This document shows positions 48,703 to 60,817 of a stretch of 64,000 nt of DNA, in pieces. This DNA is from Vairimorpha necatrix (Eukaryota). The stretch lies in contig CP142735.1 of assembly GCA_036630325.1 (NCBI GenBank), forward strand, positions 186,001 to 250,000, written 5' to 3'. Under the pieces are notes generated by a model. The model saw only the letters and a list, made by a program, of their open reading frames with translations, searched no databases and was not told the origin of the DNA. How positions within the stretch are numbered: the first letter of the stretch is position 1; every line of letters starts with the position of its first letter. Both the position numbers and the translations under genes were made by a program.

Positions 48703-51159
48703 ACATTTGGGATTGTATAGGATTATTTGTAAATAAAAAAAAGTTTTAAAAAGTTTATTGTGTTTATTATTTACTTATGGAGTATTAAAATGTAGCAGGG
48801 AAAAAGCAAACTTTTGTGGCACTGAGGAAAAAATGCAGAAACAGTAGCCAGAAGCCAAACTTCAATAGTGTGTTCTCTCATTTCTTTCCCAAGAACTCTA
48901 CAGCTGTTTATTAGAGCATCATAGCTGCCAAAGACTTACTTTTAAAAAATTCTTTCATTAATAGATAGATTTTTAAGCATGCCAAGCGCAGGGAGAAAGA
49001 AAGCCGCTGAGTTCTTCTTACAAAAAGTTGGCTCACATTGAGGTTATCAGAATACAAGGGCAAAGTAAAAAAGCCGGCACTAGTAATAGCGGGAAAAAAT
49101 GAAAGCTTGTATATAATAGTGTATTTTTTCAAAAAACAAAATTCGAACAATGCTCGAATCTAGAGAAGATTATTTATAAAGCAAAACTTTAAAAATAAAA
49201 ATATATTTGAAATAATTTAGTTTGATCCCGAACACTTTTTGGCCATTTAAAAGCACGTTAAATTTTTTTTTGTATCTTTTGAATAACAATGCCATATTAA
49301 TTGCAGAAGAAATGGTGTAAGATTAATCCTTATGGAATGTCAGAGTTAGCGGATGTTTTAAACTTGTCAGTTCTTTTTTCCGAAAAGAAAAGAAGAGTAT
49401 AACATCTTTAGTTTCAAGGAAGCTTATAAAACGTTGATGCTATTGAATTTACGTCGCTCTTATAAATGTCAGTGCTTTATTAATTTTCGATCCAAGAAAA
49501 GTTTTTAGATTTGAAGCTAGTCCGTGAACTTAATCTGTCTAAAGCGATATCATCCGAAGGCTATTTTGATATTAAATAGACAATCTATATATTCAAGGAT
49601 GTTAAAAATACTAACCGACACAGATAGTATAGACATAAAAATCATAGATTTTGCCTTTTTAGATGCGGGTGCAACAGAAAACAGAAATTTGTACAAGATC
49701 AAATACAATGTAAACAAAAATATCCATTTTATTTGATTTACCATATGAAAAAAATAATAATCAAAGGTTACGATTTTTTATAGACTATCTGGTGTATCTC
49801 TCCAAATGTCAAGAACATTAAATTTTTACATTTTTTTTCATTCGAGGACATCATTATGAATTTACCAAGCTGCAAAAACACAAGATGATATTGCTTTTTA
49901 TGTTACTTTTTTAAAAGTGTGCAATCATATATACATATGTACATGATAACAATGATAAGAGAAATTATCTAGTAAAAAAACGATGCTTGGGTCCTAAAAT
50001 CGTTTACCTATCTATTTCAAATGATAACCAAACCAAAAAAGGCTTTAGGGCGTTTGCCCGTGAGTCAAATTTCAATATGCTTACAACAAAATACACACTT
50101 AAAATAGTGCAGACAATGTTTAAAAGAATGGACCACTTGAAAAGAACCAAATAGAGATAGTTAGTCAAATATAAGAGTCAAAAAACAATCTTGGATGTGT
50201 ATAGAGTCAATAAAAATATAACAACAAGCCTATGTACATGCTGGATAAAGTAGTCTTTCCTGTTTACTCCATAAAATATTAGAAACTATTAACATAGGAT
50301 GGTGTGTGAAATCGTCTCGCAAGAATATTCTATTTATATAGTCTACGGTTAGAGTTTGGCAAATAACAAAAGTGCAAAATGGGTTCACATTGTCAGCTCT
50401 TTGTTTTTTATCCTGTATTTATTGCGCAGCAAAAGTTAATTTAATCTGATCAAAAGTAAATAATACACATATGAAAAGTATATGCAACGTATTTTAATAT
50501 TATTTATATACGTTAAACATCTTTAAAAAAGTAGTAGTCGATTTAAGCCCGATTAATGAGTAAATAAAGGTTTTATTTTATATAGGTTAAATACTGAAAA
50601 AGAAAAAAACAATAATGAGTGAAGGGAGGATGCAAATTCATTTTATTGACACCGAAATATATATATATCAAACTAATTTTTGACGCCGTATTGTTATCAA
50701 GGATAATTTTTAAGTTGTAAACAACGCTATACTAAAGAGGTCCACAAAACTACCAATGCACAATAAACGATAAGAATGATTTGAGCTATTTACGAGTAGC
50801 AAGTCAAGTGATCAACTATTAAGTATGTTCATTTAATTGGAACTTTTAGAGTTTTAATTTGCTATCCGAAATTCGATGGTACTTATTACGTATCAAATTC
50901 CTAAATTGTACGTCTCGGAGAAAGACATACCTACCTACTATTAATTTCAGTATATCTTAAAAAGAGTTATTTAGAAGTTTATACCTATTTTGCTCAACTT
51001 GAAGTCTTGTGTGGATTCAATAATAACTTACTAAGAAGAGTAGAGATTACCATTATCGTCTAAAATTACATTTATGTTTGTAAATGGGTATCTGTGTCTT
51101 ATATATAAAAGTGGAGCGAAATACCTCGACAAAGCGTTTATTAATAACAAAAAAAGCCT

Positions 51160-51945
51160 TTATTTCATGTAAGTAGAAGGTAGGGAGAAACCTTACATAG
51201 GGATCAGAGGGATTTGGATGTGATCCTCATCCAAATGGACTGTGAGATTCTTACTCACTAAAACTTTTTCCATATAACCTGCAGGTGTAGTAAGCTCTGC
51301 CGTATCCATTGGACTTTGGCTCCAGGAGAACACTTTCGATTTATACCTCAAATCGCGTCCTGAGTGACCTCACAGCGGATGTACTTAACGGGCATGGTTA
51401 TCTATACCCCGAGAAGAGACATCATCGTACTGACTCAAAGATCCCTATAATCATCTGTATTGCACACACGTCTCCTTACACGGCCACATCACCAACGGCA
51501 TTTTTATTGGGCTGCGTTGACCACCAGTCTCCCACTAGTTTCGGCTACCGTGTTACAGAACCTTATAGGATAGGGACCACGAGACCTTCTATTGCCCTAC
51601 TTCGTTTGTTCTCTTAGTTAGCTCTAGGATCCCATGCTATAGTGCACCATTCATGGGCTCCAACTAGGCCGTACTCATTAGATACTTTTATGTATCATTA
51701 TGTCACCAAAGGGTGATATTGATTTTTGGCTTTGAGGTGCGTTCCTACACTAGATGCTAATCCCCTTGTTGCTGGACACACACAAGTTTCATTGAATCAA
51801 CTTAATGATTATCGTGAACATTTTCATCATCTGAGTTGTTCCAACTGCATCATAGAAAGTAGAAACAATTTTAAGCCACCTGGGAATCGAACACAGCCAT
51901 TGCTCAATGGAAGCATTGCATTCTACCACTGTGCTAAGGGCACCT
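51160..51945 (-). mobile_element. tRNA-derived SINE-like retroposon
   Basis: 13-bp TSD acaaaaaaagcct (51147-51159 / 51946-51958). tRNA-like head with A box tagcacagtgg and B box gttcgattcc at 51873-51944. Non-coding, GC-richer body. Confidence 0.8.
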
Positions 51946-53729
51946 ACAAAAAAAGCCTATGATCATACAAGCATAACTAATGAATCTAAGAGTTAATAAG
52001 ATGTAAAAAATGAGTTCTATAACCTTCTTATCGTTTTTATTCTACTTATCAAAGAGAACACATGCTTAATATAAAACAATTTTTTAGCAAAATTAAAAAT
52101 ACATCCTATGGTAAGAGAACAACGTCCACAAATCGACAATAAAGAATAAACTTGTACTGATAGCTGTCTAGTGTGTTCATTTGCTTTGTAAGATTAAATG
52201 AATATCATAACTAAATGTCATATATATTTACAGCTTATAATTATTTAAATATGCCTATAACAAAACAAAGAAGATATATATTTATTCTGTATACGATATT
52301 AAGGCTATGTTAACGTAACTGCAGTAAATTTCTAATATCTACTGATATGTAATAAATTTTAAAAAAGGCTGGTATTCCTATAATTAACACATATGAAAAA
52401 CAACTATTAATAGTGAAAATAAATAGAAACACAGGCTCTTAATGTAAAAAAGAAGATTAATTCCGAAATATACTGTATTAATACATTATGTCGGAAAGAA
52501 TAGTTAGATTTCGCCCTGTATTTGGTATTTTGGTGACAAGATACAAATAAAAATGCATAAGATATCTGGAAATCTAACTGTTTATGATGTATACATTAAT
52601 TTATTTCGCCGAAGAATAATTAGCGTCTATATTGTTCTATCGAAGAACAAAAAATGATCAGAAAATATATGAAGAAGAAATTTAAGCACAGATGTAAGTA
52701 AAGATAATAAAAGCTAAATTTCCAAAAGATTTACGTGTAAAAAAGCTGTAGCATTTTAGACCATACGAGCATAAACATTATGCATCTTTAAAAAGTGTAA
52801 AAATAAATCTCATTAATAATACCGTGATTTTTTAAGCAAAAAATTAAAATTACGCAAATTTACTTATTTAATTTACGATTCAATTGTGAACCATAAAAGC
52901 ATTTATTCTTTTTATATGATTCTGTTCATTCTTTTACGTAATAATCAAAAAATCTATGATGTTTTAGTAAAAGTTATGCTTTTATGAATACAGATTTTAA
53001 TATTCTTTTATTAAATTGGGTATATAAAAAAAGTTAAGTTTTTATAAAACTCCCAATATTTTTTTTCATGGAGGAAGCCCTCTTACAACAAAAATTGAAA
53101 ATAAATATAATTAGTTCAAAATTCTATGCGCCATAATATATTTTCTAAATTACAATAGTTTTCTAATCTAACTCAGATATAAAAAAATCTTTTTGACTGT
53201 AACATAATAGATTATAAAGTAGTTGTCCACATAAGGATCGTTTTTAAATTTGCTTAGTTCACCTAGTTTTACGCATATAAATTACTTATCTTGTACATTT
53301 TTATGTAAAGCCGTAATGTAAATCTTACTGGATTCATAAAAGGGCTAAGTTCCTTAAATTTTTTTAAATCAATCTTAAGTGTTAATTATAACGTGAATGA
53401 AACTGTATTAATTTTCATAGTCTTTTGGATTTCTCGATGCGAAAACATTGAAAATTTTTCAAAGAGAAGGAAGCTAATAAATCACGAATTAGCTTAAATT
53501 ACCAAGGCCTGCATGCCAATACTAACCATTTCAAAATATTTACCAATGAACGTAGAACTTCTACAAATCAACTGTCTTTTGGATACATTAACTTCCCAAT
53601 ATAAATATCTATCTACTTAATTTAGCCTTGTGTCGTGTACAGACGCTGATATTAAACGGAGAGATGGAAGAAAAAAAAAACCATCCCAGAATATATATAA
53701 ATGCTTAAAGAGTCGAAGGAAACATGGCA

Positions 53730-53980
53730 TGTCACAGTTATGAGCGATTTCAAAAAAACGCTCATTTAAAAGAAGTAAAAAAGATCTAATTATTTATTTC
53801 TACTTTATATGCTAAATACTATAATTTGAGAATTACGAAAAAAAATGAACAATGATGAAAAACAAAAAAAATCTTGTATTTTTAAAGACTGGTCTTCCTC
53901 CGACAAGGTAGGTAGAAAGATAAAAAAACATTTGTTCTTATGCACAAAACAAAAAAAATCATCCTGTTTGAGTATTTAGT
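53730..53980 (+). mobile_element. Old 5' remnant of a Ginger-like element related to 24091
   Basis: tgtcacag terminus. aacaatga..agactggt..acaagg matches 24285-24350. Confidence 0.55.
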
Positions 53981-54801
53981 TAATGTAACTGTTAGACATA
54001 TCTAAGTTAAGGGGTATTTAATAATAAAAATATAAAATAAACAATGACATGAAAATGTCACAACAATAAGAATTGTTTAGCAATTCTACTAAAGGTTCAT
54101 GCTTTTACATTTATAAACCTATTATCAAAGTATTCTTTTGCTTGTTTGTTTATTGACGCATTGGCACATCACGGAGGACACCTTTGACTGTTGATGTTCA
54201 TGACATCTGTTATTGTGAGGTAGTTCATAACATCACACAGCTCTAGCCACCTCTTCTTCTCCTGCATCCTCTTGATCGTATCCTCGTCGTCGTTCCAAAG
54301 AGATGAACTTTAGAGTCTTCTTCATCACAATAGATTGGATGTATGCTTCCAGTTAGGGTTAGATTTCCAACTCCCTGATGTACTTTCTCTGATATTTGGT
54401 CACCCCCCAGCCCATGTTATTACATAAGGAACTATTCTTGTCCGAGATTCATGTATTAGTCCTAGTTCATTTGCAAGAAGATCATATTTTCGTAGTTTTT
54501 TTTCTCGACTATAGTAAGCCATCCTGGTTGGTTATACCAACTTCAACTTTAAATTTTCTTTTTTTTTGTCAAACACAATAATATCCGACTTATTATGGGT
54601 CTCCTTTACATTATTGGATATTCTCGTATCTATTCTTATTTCCGCACGCCCATTTTATGATCTTCTGTACTGAGTGTCCACGTATTTTTTTGTCTTCTTA
54701 AACCCATATTTAATACATAGTAAGAGATGATTGATCTAATTACCCCGTTTTGTCTTTTAATATAATCAAAACCCCACATTCAATCACACTTGGTAGCTAA
54801 A

Positions 54802-56661
54802 TGAGATGTCCCATGGGGACCTAGCCATTTTTTAAATATGCCTCTATGAGGCTTTTGTTATATTTTATATTTTTAATGTTTTTATTGTCATTATATTTAT
54901 TCTTTTGATTATAGTTATCTTTTAAATTTATCATGCCCTCCTTTCTTAAAATTTTATTTATAATTTTTTAAAACTTAAAGGGAAAATAAAATAAATAAAA
55001 TAAAATTATGTTATGAAAAGACATAACATCCTGCCTCCTCTAGAACTTCAGCTGACTTAGATGTATCCAGTCGTTGTATCCAACTAGTTTTACCCATCTT
55101 CCATTTATACCTACTTCTGAGACTTTATAGGATCCGCAATACTTTGGTTCTAATTTATTAGTAGAAGGATTTTTCCGGTAGACTTCTTTTCCACATGTCA
55201 CGATATCAGTGTCATGAACCTCTGTTCTGCTTGGTTGACTGTATTCCATTTTCTTTGATTCTAGGTCATAAAAACTTCTTTTAAATACGACTTCCCTTGG
55301 AGAGAAGCCCATCGTTGTATTGACGTTGTTATTAATTCTATGTTCAATGCTTTTAACTATACTCTTCATATCCCTTTTTTTATTCATCCTCAACATTTCG
55401 GAAATTGTCCTGTTAATTCTTTCTGACACTATGTTACTTTGTGGATGATACGCCGGTATCAGTTGTTGTATATTTCCTTGTTTCTGCAAATAATTTTTTA
55501 CTAAATGGCTTGTATACTTAGTTCCGTTATCTGAAACTACCTTTTTTGGTTTAGTAAAATGTTCTTGCCAAACTTCTAAGCATTCTATAACTTCTTGACT
55601 TCGAATTTTCTCATTAAAAAATATCTTTGTATATCTGGAAAATACATCTGTAATTGTTAGTATGAAACCTTTGGTCGAGTAGTATGCACCCTCAAACTCC
55701 TCCAAACTAAAAGGTCCATAAATGTCAGTACTAATTGTCTCAAATATTCTCTCGCTGTATATTTTCACGTTGCTGTATTTTTTCTTATTTCTCTCTTTAT
55801 TGATTAAACATTTGCTGCATTCGTGACATACTTCAGTTATATTTCGTTTGATGTTATGTACCCAGTAGTGTTTTTTTTTAATATTAAGATACATAATTAC
55901 TTCGCCGCAATGTTCAGAAATTTCGTGTATAAACTTTATAAACTCTTTTGCTTTACTTTCACTGATAATTATTCTCTGCTTATTGTCTTAGTAAGCGCTA
56001 TATATGACAATTCTCACATGAATAGCATCGTAATACTCGGTTATCGTTCGGTAGCTGATTTGTAAGATTCTAAATACCTCGCTCAAAATGTCACTGGTCC
56101 TAGCACCATATTTGATCTTAATTATATTTCTTCTAATTGTTACGCAATCTTTTGCAAAAATCTCATTATCTAATCGTGAGTCTGGGATTAAATTTTTTAA
56201 AATTAAAACTTGTTGTTCATTTGTCCAGGCATTCTGGATCGCTATTGATTCAAATTCTATGAACCAGGTTGTAATGTTCCAGTTATCTATGTTTCTTATT
56301 ATTCTTATTTTCTTGTTAAATTCCGTTTCTGTTCCTGGAATTCTAATCTTTACTTGTAAAAAGTCGTCCTCATTATCAGATTTCTTCTCCTTAAAATTGT
56401 TTTTGTTATTCTCTTTTGAATTCAAATTGAGATGTCCCATGCGGACTTGGCCATTTTTTAAATATGCCTCTATGAGGCTTTTGTTATATTTTATATTTTT
56501 AATGTTTTTATTGTCATTATATTTATTCTTTTGATTATAGTTATCTTAAAAATTTATCATGCCCTCCTTTCTTAAAATTTTATTTATAATTTTTTAAAAA
56601 ACTTGGAGGGAAAATAAAATAAATAAAATAAAATTATGTTATGTTATGAAAAGACATAACA
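54802..56661 (-). mobile_element. Non-autonomous LTR retrotransposon (partial gag plus integrase only)
   Basis: ~230-bp LTRs 54802-55028 and 56428-56661, 5-bp TSD ctaaa, PPT gaggaggcagga. ORFs 55988-56440 (gag-like) and 55040-55894 (integrase). Confidence 0.92.
55040..55894 (-). CDS. Gypsy-type integrase
   Basis: CSKC, STDIYGP, SDNGTKY, YHPQSNIVSER. Confidence 0.85.
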   Translation of the reverse strand: MYLNIKKKHYWVHNIKRNITEVCHECSKCLINKERNKKKYSNVKIYSERIFETISTDIYGPFSLEEFEGAYYSTKGFILTITDVFSRYTKIFFNEKIRSQEVIECLEVWQEHFTKPKKVVSDNGTKYTSHLVKNYLQKQGNIQQLIPAYHPQSNIVSERINRTISEMLRMNKKRDMKSIVKSIEHRINNNVNTTMGFSPREVVFKRSFYDLESKKMEYSQPSRTEVHDTDIVTCGKEVYRKNPSTNKLEPKYCGSYKVSEVGINGRWVKLVGYNDWIHLSQLKF

Positions 56662-59600
56662 CTAAATGATCGTCGAACTATCTATGAGATCCAAAATGAA
56701 GACATTGTCGCTCTTGTCCACAGAAAATATTTCTATCCTGTCGAAGCAGTAAATTGCTTCAGATCTAGCCTAATTGTTTCCTTTAATCAGCTAGGTAGAA
56801 GAGTCCATAATGCTTACTAAATAATTGTCCCTAGCTTTAAACAACTTTCCATGGTTTGTTCTTATGTCAATTTTGCTGTAAAGCGCTTCTTTTTGGGATT
56901 CTATTATCATCTTCTGGGGTATATCTCCTACACAGCTGTACCCAATCCTGAGATACTCGTTAATTGTAAACAAGTTGGATTTGCTCTCTGCCTCTACTTT
57001 AAGTATCTCTGCCCGTCTTAGTGAGCTATTTCTAGGCCCATCTAATATTTTATAAATATTCAAAAGCATACTTTCGCTTCTATCTTTGAAACTTATGAGG
57101 ATTCTTCCCATTTCAGATCTAGGAAGGTATAGTCTTTCCTCGCAGGCTGGCTGTAGATGGACCTGGTACTTAATAAGATTTGTCGGGTATCAAAATCGAG
57201 ACTTTTGAAATCTATTGGTTCAATTTAGGAAGTCCTACATAATGTTTTATTACTGATATTGCATGTTAATTAGGAGTTCAAATTATATTCTTACAATTTA
57301 ATAGGGTCTTGCACAGTTTTTCAATCCTCTATAGATCTCATTTCTTACTTTTTCAAAAGTCTCTCTTCTGACAGCACTAGAGGCATCCTTTGTTATTCCA
57401 GGGTATTTGCATTCTTGATGTTCTTCTATTATTACTCCATCTTCACTAACAATTGGTTGCAGATATACACCTGTTCATTCCTAACCCTACGGCCGAGAAA
57501 CCCTTTTTAGTTTCCTCATTCATCAGTTTCAGAACGTGTCGTTCTCTGCGAGGAGCTTAATATCATTAATAAATAAAAGACAGTTAGTTACATTAACGCT
57601 TTCGTGGCTCTGTATCTCTACTTTTGGTCAAATTGAATTCAGTTTTTCTGCTCAGCGGGTCCATACATAGTACAAAAAAGCGAAAACAAAGAATCACCTT
57701 GTAATATGCATCTTATAATCTTCTTATTCAGTATTGTTTCCAAATCTGATTTTCTCTCAATCTGTCACCTTTTAACCGTAACTTTAAGAATTTACTAATA
57801 AAAATTTTATAGAAAATTATATTAAAAATATTATCGAGAAGCATTTACTCGCCGGGAAGGTTAGGGCGGGCATTATATCTAGTTTTAGTTTGCGTTTGTT
57901 ATATATGATTATAACTTTAAAAATAAAAATCTTGAATTAACATTTTGTTCTTGCATATATAACCAACATGTGATAATCCGCATTTTACTATTACATATTT
58001 AGAAAGGCCGCCAATGTTATAGAAAGCAAAAGAAAAAATATTTTTATTGAGATTTTATTAATTTCATACATCTAGCTGATGTCTTTATGAGGAATAAATG
58101 TTATGTCAATTGTTTTATATTTTTTTAAAAAGTTGTATCAGTCTTTTAAAAAATTCTACTAATTTTGTTTACAACCGTCAATCATCTCAGCATTAATTAC
58201 GAAGAATCTAAACTATTACACGAGTAGCTCGACCCATTAAATCAAAAAATGCTTTAAAACAATATATTCTTGTCTAAATCGAAAAATTATAAGAAGTTTA
58301 TTTTTTCTACAATTGTTTATGTCGCCCCAAAAGAAATAATTTGCTAATTGAACCGTTTTTGATCCTTTTGTTTATAGCGTTGGTTTACGGAAAACTCTTT
58401 GCTTCGTTTATAAAGTAAATATGTTTAACCTCTTAAAAGAGTTCTCTATATCCGAATGCATTTATTTTTCTTCATAAGGAAGCCCATTGCAATTTATGAT
58501 ATATATATATATATATATATATGTTGATTGATTAAGCTCAGTATAACATTATGAAGATGAAGACCATTATTTCTAATATAATGGTAAAATAAAGGATTAA
58601 TGATGGAGAATTTGCTCTATAATTCTCAACAAGGCAAAAAAAAAAAAATATAGTTCAATGCAATATGTGTTTTTTAGAAACGAACTGCACAAATACACAA
58701 TTCTAAAGAAAAAATCGACTAATTGTGAGGAACAACTTTTTATTTCGAAAGTTTTGGGATGTAGATAGAATAAAAGCCACCAGGTGGCCGAAATACCAAA
58801 GAGAGCAGACACACAACAAAAAATAAACTTAGCATGATTATGTAGAAACAAAAATAAAAATTCAGATTTATTTTATATATCACTTAGTCCCAATACCAAA
58901 ATTGCACATATGGTTTCTCCTTCACGTTAGAGTGAAATACCAAAAATCAATTTAAAATCTATAAAAAATGTTTCAATCTGAAAGAATACATACTATTTTT
59001 GTTAGTTTAAATGACAATGCGCAGTCTCCGGAGGAAAGGCGCAAGATAGATGCAGAAAGCTCTGATCTTCGATAAAAGATTATTATATGCTAGAATGAAA
59101 GGTTCGTCGCCTATTCACTTATATGTGAACTACATAGAAATAATGTATAAAAATGTATTTTCTTATTTAATTTCAAGAAAAAAGGATAGATAAAAACATA
59201 CGCTCATAAATTCATCATGAATAATTAGCGCATAGTAATCGTTATTTTTTAGTGTTAAAGTATGTGATATATTAGTTTTTGTACTAGTGTTGATAATTTT
59301 CTGGTATTTTACATGCAAGTTTTTTAGATAAAAAAACCATAAACGTATTTAGTAAAAATATTTGAATTTCTAAACAATCACAATGTCTAGAAATTTATAT
59401 TTTTTTTTAAAATAGGGGTTCCTTATTCATAAAATATAGATTGGCTGTTACTTCTATTGTTTTTTTGGTTGTAAGCTTTAACACCGACTATATTATATCA
59501 TATACTGGTTCAAATAATTTTTTATAAATACGAGTTTTAATATTTTATGGGTTTTTTTGTATGTCAGACACTAATGCTCCAGATAAAACTTATTGAGATT

Positions 59601-60015
59601 TTTAATTAAAGTATCTATGGAATACATCGGACAGAAACAAAAAGCCCCATGTTACACCTTTGTAACTTAGTCTATTTGTAATTTGTTTAAAATAGAAAAT
59701 ATCAAATATATGTAAAAACGATAATCATCATATAAACGGTCTCCTGATACGACGGTTTCTTCGTTAACTTTGATTTTGGAGGAATTGCAAAATATTTACT
59801 AATATTTGGAACGTAAAACATAATTTATCACGTTAAATGTCGATCATCTTAACATTTTGTCATAATCCATGAAGTTAATAAAAAAAACTGTTTTGTGAAT
59901 TAAATATATATATATACATATATATATATATACTTGAATTCGATGTCCTTTGGACGAACCGGGCTTAATAAATGGTTTTAAAACATAAATAATTTACTAA
60001 GTAATCACTTGAAAT

Positions 60016-60279
60016 TTATAGTGACTTTGTTTCACAAATCATATAGCACAAGACTTGAAATCCCTAAGAATAGAAACGTAATCCAGATGATCACGCTAAA
60101 GAAGACGCTAGAGAGCGTTTTTATGGACTACCGAAGGAGAGAAGATGAAGCCGATGTGGAAAGGGCCATTAAGACTAGAAACTACCACAAGAATGAGACG
60201 CTACCGCGAAACTTATCCTTGAAAAACTAGAAATATAAACTACATGTAGCATACTACAATTAAATTTATTTTTATATAT
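60016..60279 (+). mobile_element. 3' fragment of RLE LINE family 2
   Basis: VTLFHK..IQMITLKKTLESV resembles the family 1 C-terminus. Possible 7-bp TSD ttgaaat. Confidence 0.7.
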
Positions 60280-60817
60280 TTGAAATAATGTTGTGGTAGA
60301 TTATTTTTTCCCAAGCTTAATACAATATATAGCATCGTAACGACAACAGTCGAAAAAACTATAAATGGGTTTAAACCTTGTCGTTTACAATAACCCCGAT
60401 TTTTTATAGAATACGACATCCAATTTAAAATTTAAGCAATTTTTACAAAAACGGCATGCTAAAATAAAATTTTGGGTATTTCACAATTAAAATGTGGACA
60501 AAATTCTTCGTTATCCATTGTTTATATAATACAAATATGGCGTCGTTAGAACACACTTTTTGCTATTAGAAAAAAACTATATATTGTTGACAGCATTTTA
60601 TTAATTGTCGCGGGGGGGGCGAAAGGAAGAATTTGGATAGAAATTTTACATAAGCATAGAGTGTGTTCAATATAAGTTGATATTTGAGGATTAAAAGTGT
60701 ATTATGAACAAGGGTTAATATAAAAAGTTCTATTTTTGTAGTAAAAGTTTACTAACTTCCGCTTACATCATGAACATATAAAGATAATATAAGATTCTAT
60801 AAATTAAAAATAGATAT

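Larger units (their letters stand above)
54232..57520 (-). mobile_element. RLE LINE family 1 fragment (RT C-terminus to endonuclease), split by an LTR element
   Basis: 54232-54801 is the reverse complement of 270-845. 56662-57520 encodes VGLGMN, KYPGI and ERLYLPRSEMGR motifs typical of RLE LINE RT/thumb regions. Confidence 0.85.

Noticed and set aside
51873-51944. Functional tRNA-Gly gene
   Set aside because: Acceptor, anticodon and T stems are mismatched, and it lies inside a TSD-bounded insertion.
51309-51962. ORFs of 102 and 78 aa
   Set aside because: They lie antisense within the SINE-like element. Higher GC explains the open frames.
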